Assembly: GCA_038858525.1 (NCBI GenBank)
Contig: JAWCFL010000023.1
Location: forward strand, 8,990 to 28,607
Length of the DNA: 19,618 nt
Origin: Candidatus Jordarchaeales archaeon
GTDB lineage: Archaea; Asgardarchaeota; Jordiarchaeia; Jordiarchaeales; Freyrarchaeaceae
Direction of reading: 5' to 3'
Positions within the stretch are counted from its first letter, which is position 1; each line of letters begins with the position of its first letter. The position numbers were made by a program, and so were the translations under genes. Below are positions 15,937 to 19,618 of this stretch, one piece after another. A model generated the notes under the pieces. The model ran no database searches, had not been told where the DNA came from, and saw nothing but the letters and a program-made list of their open reading frames with translations.

Positions 15937-16443
15937 TCAGCACATGGTAAAAAAGGAATTTAATAAGTTACCCTTTATCAAGCATTATGCAACCATAATT
16001 GAAGAAAGTCTTTATTATTGGGGGCGAAAAAGTGGCGTTGCCCTAAAGAAGCTTTATCTGTGTTTCTAATAGATGCCAGCGTCAATCATTACCTAGATAA
16101 AAGAACGTTTCATGGTACGAAAAGGCTTCTTGGAGGCCCAAAGGTAACTATGATGCTGTCCAAAATTAAGAGCTTAATAGTTAGATTATCCACTTTTCAT
16201 TTTTCGAAGTTGGCGAGTAGCTGACGAATATGATGGTTCGGCGCTTTTTTCGTTTCGCGTTTGAATTTGAAGTTGCACATAAAGAGGGGAGCAGAGGACT
16301 CGTGAAGCGAGATTCAGAATTGACTGTGGTGATTCCACTTCATTAAGTAGCCGAGAAGGCACTTGACCTTTTATTTTAGATGGAACATTTATATTGATCC
16401 CGTCTCTACTAGTATATGTCTGTTGCGTTTTTGAGGTTGAACC

Positions 16444-16815
16444 ATGACCTACTTGGAGTGGGCTGAGCGGGCAAGGTTTTTCCTTAAGGAGGGAGAACGC
16501 TACCTTAAAGAGGGAGTTTACTGGGCAGCGTGTTTTAATGCTCATCAATCCGTGGAGTTCTACCTCAAGGGAATACTGATTAAGCTTGTAAACTCCTACC
16601 CTTTCACTCATGACCTGTCAGTGCTCGTGGATGAACTGGAAAAGGTAGGTATTAGTATTCCGGAGCACGTCCGTTTAAGCTCCGACTACCTTACTCCGCA
16701 TTATACCGGCGCCAGGTACCCTGGTACTAAGTCGATAATTTATGATAGGAGGAGAGCTGAGAGGTGCCTGGCGCATGCAAAGGTGATAGCAGAATTCGTG
16801 GAGGCGCTACTATGA
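16444..16815 (+). CDS. HEPN domain protein
   Basis: ACFNAHQSVEFYLKG, PFTHDL and HYTGARYP; GAGGT RBS. Confidence 0.9.
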   Translation: MTYLEWAERARFFLKEGERYLKEGVYWAACFNAHQSVEFYLKGILIKLVNSYPFTHDLSVLVDELEKVGISIPEHVRLSSDYLTPHYTGARYPGTKSIIYDRRRAERCLAHAKVIAEFVEALL

Positions 16816-17159
16816 GCTTCAGGCTGGAGGCTGAAAGCTTTCTTAGAGCTTTACTTGACGTGATAATTGAAACCTACTCGGGAAAGGTGACGGTCATCCT
16901 GTTCGGGGGAAGAGCCCGAGGAACCAGCTCGGACTCAGGTGACTTCGACGTGATGGTTATCCTAAAATCCGTCGTTGACCCGATAGAAGAAGCAGTAAAA
17001 ATCAGGAGAAAGCTACACGGAAAAAGGTTTCCTCTCGATATTGTGGTAGTCGAGAGAAAAGACTTGGAATCTCTCCTCATCAGAAAAATGCTCGAACACC
17101 ACAAAATCTTATATGACGGACTAAAACTAGAAGAGGTCCTAAAGCGACAAGTCTTCTGA
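16812..17159 (+). CDS. Minimal nucleotidyltransferase (MNT), putative antitoxin
   Basis: ILFGGRARG...GDFDVMVI and LDIVV. Start moved to ATG 16812, giving an ATGA overlap with the HEPN stop. Confidence 0.85.
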   Translation: MSFRLEAESFLRALLDVIIETYSGKVTVILFGGRARGTSSDSGDFDVMVILKSVVDPIEEAVKIRRKLHGKRFPLDIVVVERKDLESLLIRKMLEHHKILYDGLKLEEVLKRQVF

Positions 17160-17462
17160 GCATGAAGACAACAATTATTTATTCCGTGAAATTTCCCGTT
17201 GCCGCCAAAGATTGCATCAAAAACAGAGCAGAGGGAAGATAATAATAGTTCAAGTTGCATGAAGTTCCGTATCGAAAAAAGAGGACAAAAATTCTGAAAG
17301 ATGCTTTTAAGGCTCTCTTTAGAAAGTTATTTATTACCTTATATTCCGCAACTTGTGGTCATTTGTCATCTTTGTCAATGACACCTTGAAGAATGATTAA
17401 TATGTTTGTTATTGTTCATGCGTGCATAATTATGTTTAAATAATGTTTCGCTATGCACTTAA

Positions 17463-17594
17463 ATGTTGAATGTGAGAGCGGTTTCATTGAGTAGGAGCGG
17501 AGTCCGGGGGGAAGCGTGGAGGATAATCTTGGAAGCTGTTAACGAATTTCCAGATAGGCTGAGGGGGCACATGAAAGTTTCCGCTTTGCTCTGA
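17463..17594 (+). CDS. Possible 43-aa small protein
   Basis: Below the track cutoff. MLNVRAVSLSRSGVRGEAWRIILEAVNEFPDRLRGHMKVSALL; TTTAAATA about 20 nt upstream; stop lies 4 nt before the DUF72 start. No recognised motif. Confidence 0.25.
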   Translation: MLNVRAVSLSRSGVRGEAWRIILEAVNEFPDRLRGHMKVSALL

Positions 17595-17598
17595 GTTT

Positions 17599-18351
17599 TT
17601 GGTGGTGGTGTTGTTGGGTGTTTTCGTTGGGACGAGTGGTTGGGCTTACTTCTGGAACCCGGAAGGAAACTTTGACTGGTATGTTAAGAATAGCGGTCTT
17701 AACGCTGTTGAGCTCAACGCAAGCTACTACAGGTTTCCCTTCCCTAGCCAAGTTAGAGGTTGGGCTAAGAGGACCCCTGAATGGTTTAGGTGGACTGTTA
17801 AGGTTTCTCGTCTCATAACCCACGTGTTTAAGTTCGGTGAGCGCTCCTTCTCCACATGGAAACGGTTCAGGGAGATATTCGCCCCTCTAGATGGAAAAGT
17901 GAGCTTCTACCTTTTCCAGCTCCCGCCAAACATGAAGCCAACGGGAAAAACCGTGGAGAAGATAGAGAATTTTGTCGATGAGGCAGAGTTGGGTCCACGC
18001 TTCGCGTTGGAGTGGAGAAACAAGGAGTGGTTCAGCGAGGAATGGATTAACTGGGCGCATGGTCTTAGCTTGACTGTGGTCTCCGTTGACGCACCCGACC
18101 TACCACGCCGCATCATAGTGTCTGATGGAAGAGTTTACCTTAGACTGCACGGTAGAACCTCCTGGTACTCCTACGTATACAGTGAAGAGGAACTCGAAGA
18201 GGTTGCCGATAGAATTGCGGCTGAGAAGCCAGAATCCATTTACGTCTTCTTCAACAATGACACAGGCATGCTTCCCAACGGAAGAAAAATGCTACAAATA
18301 CTAAAACTCAAATTCAACATGCCCACCGGGGGTCCCCATCAGGAAACATGA
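17599..18351 (+). CDS. DUF72 (YecE-like) domain protein
   Basis: VGTSGW, AVELNASYY, LFQLPP, ALEWRNKEW, YLRLHGR, YSYVYSEEEL and VFFNND. Confidence 0.92.
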   Translation: MVVVLLGVFVGTSGWAYFWNPEGNFDWYVKNSGLNAVELNASYYRFPFPSQVRGWAKRTPEWFRWTVKVSRLITHVFKFGERSFSTWKRFREIFAPLDGKVSFYLFQLPPNMKPTGKTVEKIENFVDEAELGPRFALEWRNKEWFSEEWINWAHGLSLTVVSVDAPDLPRRIIVSDGRVYLRLHGRTSWYSYVYSEEELEEVADRIAAEKPESIYVFFNNDTGMLPNGRKMLQILKLKFNMPTGGPHQET

Positions 18352-18451
18352 CAACACTCACGTCGCACCTGCGACACCCTAAAAGTTAGCTGTAAGTTTT
18401 TATAGGTGTTTTTGTATTGTTCTCAGGCTCACTTATCGGAGGGAGGAAGGG

Positions 18452-18949
18452 TTGGAGTATGTTGAGGTTATCGTTGAACATGACTTAGAAGGTGTAACTC
18501 CGGAGATGATTGACTGGTGGTGGGACAACATAAACGAGGAAAGATATAGTCTTTGGCACCCGAAAGATCATAAGGGGTTTAAGTGGGAAGTTCACCCGAA
18601 AGAGAAAGGCCACGTTGGCGCTGTTCATATTGCAGAAGAAGACATTGGTGAAGCGACTGTGACGCTGCGCATCCGTTGGGAGGACCCGAAAAATGTGCCT
18701 ATACCCGTGACGATGAGCCACGCTGTCGCCGCAAGTATAATCGACGAGAACGGGGAACCGATAGCGTGGCTGGTACACCAGTATGAGGCGACACCACATG
18801 GAGCAAAAATGCTGTCAACGTTTAAAATACCGGCAATGCTTCCAGAGGAGTTCGCCAAAGGCCTATACAAGCACTGCCAAGAAGAAATGGGAAACCTACC
18901 AAAATTCCTTCCAGAGCTATATAAAAAATATGGAAGAAGGCAAGATTAA
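18452..18949 (+). CDS. DAPG hydrolase PhlG-like protein (short form)
   Basis: GVTPEMIDWWW, YSLWHPKDH, EEDIG, LVHQY and HCQEEMGNL match the PhlG family pattern, including the His/Glu Zn ligands; TTG start behind GGAGGGA. Confidence 0.75.
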   Translation: MEYVEVIVEHDLEGVTPEMIDWWWDNINEERYSLWHPKDHKGFKWEVHPKEKGHVGAVHIAEEDIGEATVTLRIRWEDPKNVPIPVTMSHAVAASIIDENGEPIAWLVHQYEATPHGAKMLSTFKIPAMLPEEFAKGLYKHCQEEMGNLPKFLPELYKKYGRRQD

Positions 18950-18983
18950 CGCTTTCTTTTTCTCTGTTTTTATAATAGTTTAC

Positions 18984-18992
18984 TTTATATAA
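18984..18992 (+). promoter_or_regulatory. TATA box upstream of the methyltransferase
   Basis: TTTATATAA immediately after the T-rich tract that follows the PhlG-like stop codon. Confidence 0.45.
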
Positions 18993-19097
18993 CCTAATGA
19001 AGTTAATGTGAAAGTGGACTGTGATGCCTTGACGAGTTACTGGGAGTGTTCAGCTCGCTTCGAAAGGTATCGTGGTGATCTGGGAGGATGGCGGCAG

Positions 19098-19618
19098 GTG
19101 TTTAGCGAAATTATTAATGTGAAGGTTGTTGAGGGAGAAGACTGGGATTTTAGAGGTGTTGATACGAGATACATGACTCATGGTCTTCACCCATACCCTG
19201 CCAGAATGATTCCTCAGGTAGCTGGGAGGCTGTTAAGGAGGTATGCTTCCAGAGGCGATGTTGTGCTGGACCCTTTTTGCGGTTCAGGCGGTGTGCTGGT
19301 TGAGGCTAGGCTGGCTGGCATGCACTCGGTTGGAGTGGACATTAATCCCCTTGCCTGCCTCCTAGCGGAGGTTAAGTCAAACCCGCTAAGCCCCGACGTT
19401 ATATGGAGCTACTGGTCGAAGTTGAAAGTAGCTATGGGAAATGATGTTAGGGCGTTTAAGTTTCGCGAAATTAAAAGTGTAGAGCTGCCTGATTTCTCAG
19501 GGACGAACATAGAGTACTGGTTTAAGCCTGCAACTATGATGGAGCTAGCGATAATCAGGAAGCACTTGGAGGATGTGGAGGATGAGCGAGTTAGGAAATT
19601 TTTTGATGTTTGCTTTTC
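19098..19618 (+). CDS. DNA methyltransferase (N4-C/N6-A type), 5' part; runs off the window edge
   Basis: Not in the track because it has no stop. Manual translation gives ...DWDFRGVDTRYMTHGLHPYPARMIPQV...VVLDPFCGSGGVLVEA...GVDINPLA, including SAM-binding motif I. The frame is open back to 18993, so GTG 19008/19014 are alternative starts; GTG 19098 has GGAGG upstream. The catalytic motif IV is not in the window. Confidence 0.88.
   Translation, partial: MFSEIINVKVVEGEDWDFRGVDTRYMTHGLHPYPARMIPQVAGRLLRRYASRGDVVLDPFCGSGGVLVEARLAGMHSVGVDINPLACLLAEVKSNPLSPDVIWSYWSKLKVAMGNDVRAFKFREIKSVELPDFSGTNIEYWFKPATMMELAIIRKHLEDVEDERVRKFFDVCF

Noticed and set aside
15960-16440. Hidden RNA gene or pseudogene in the 480-bp gap between the synthetase and HEPN genes
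   Set aside because: No tRNA cloverleaf, C/D box pair, long stem or recognisable protein frame was found by eye; an Infernal or blastx search would be needed to exclude it fully.
16186-16611. 141-aa minus-strand ORF
   Set aside because: Overlaps the well-supported HEPN gene on the opposite strand; no motif or RBS.
19098-19618. Complete restriction-modification system
   Set aside because: Only the methyltransferase N-terminus is visible; no endonuclease or catalytic motif in the window.

Overview
Archaeal-looking chromosomal window (GGTGA/GGAGG ribosome-binding sites, TATA/BRE promoters, many GTG/TTG starts, ADP-forming acyl-CoA synthetase, HEPN-MNT pairs, class II SOR-like protein). The phylum cannot be fixed from the sequence alone. 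Left to right: the 5' end of a coiled-coil protein gene; three minus-strand TPR genes built from near-identical 102-bp units, two of which end in an identical 56-bp gene-end/RBS cassette; a secreted alpha/beta-hydrolase (lipase-like) with a C-terminal C2-like domain, convergent with a membrane-anchored Zn-dependent phospholipase C family gene; an oxidative-stress group (rubrerythrin, FprA flavodiiron protein, SOR-like protein) interleaved with an amidohydrolase and a VOC-family gene; a HEPN-MNT pair; a cell-surface protein; a divergent ArsB/NhaD/SLC13-type permease; an acyl-CoA synthetase (ADP-forming) alpha subunit fused to a Cys-rich DUF6125/ATC-hydrolase-like domain; a second HEPN-MNT pair; DUF72; a short PhlG-like (DAPG hydrolase family) protein; and the start of a DNA methyltransferase. 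No rRNA, tRNA, CRISPR array, transposase or integrase was recognised. All family calls come from motif recognition by eye, not database searches. Best leads: the TPR arrays with variation focused on helix A, the lipase-C2/phospholipase C pair, and the synthetase-DUF6125 fusion.
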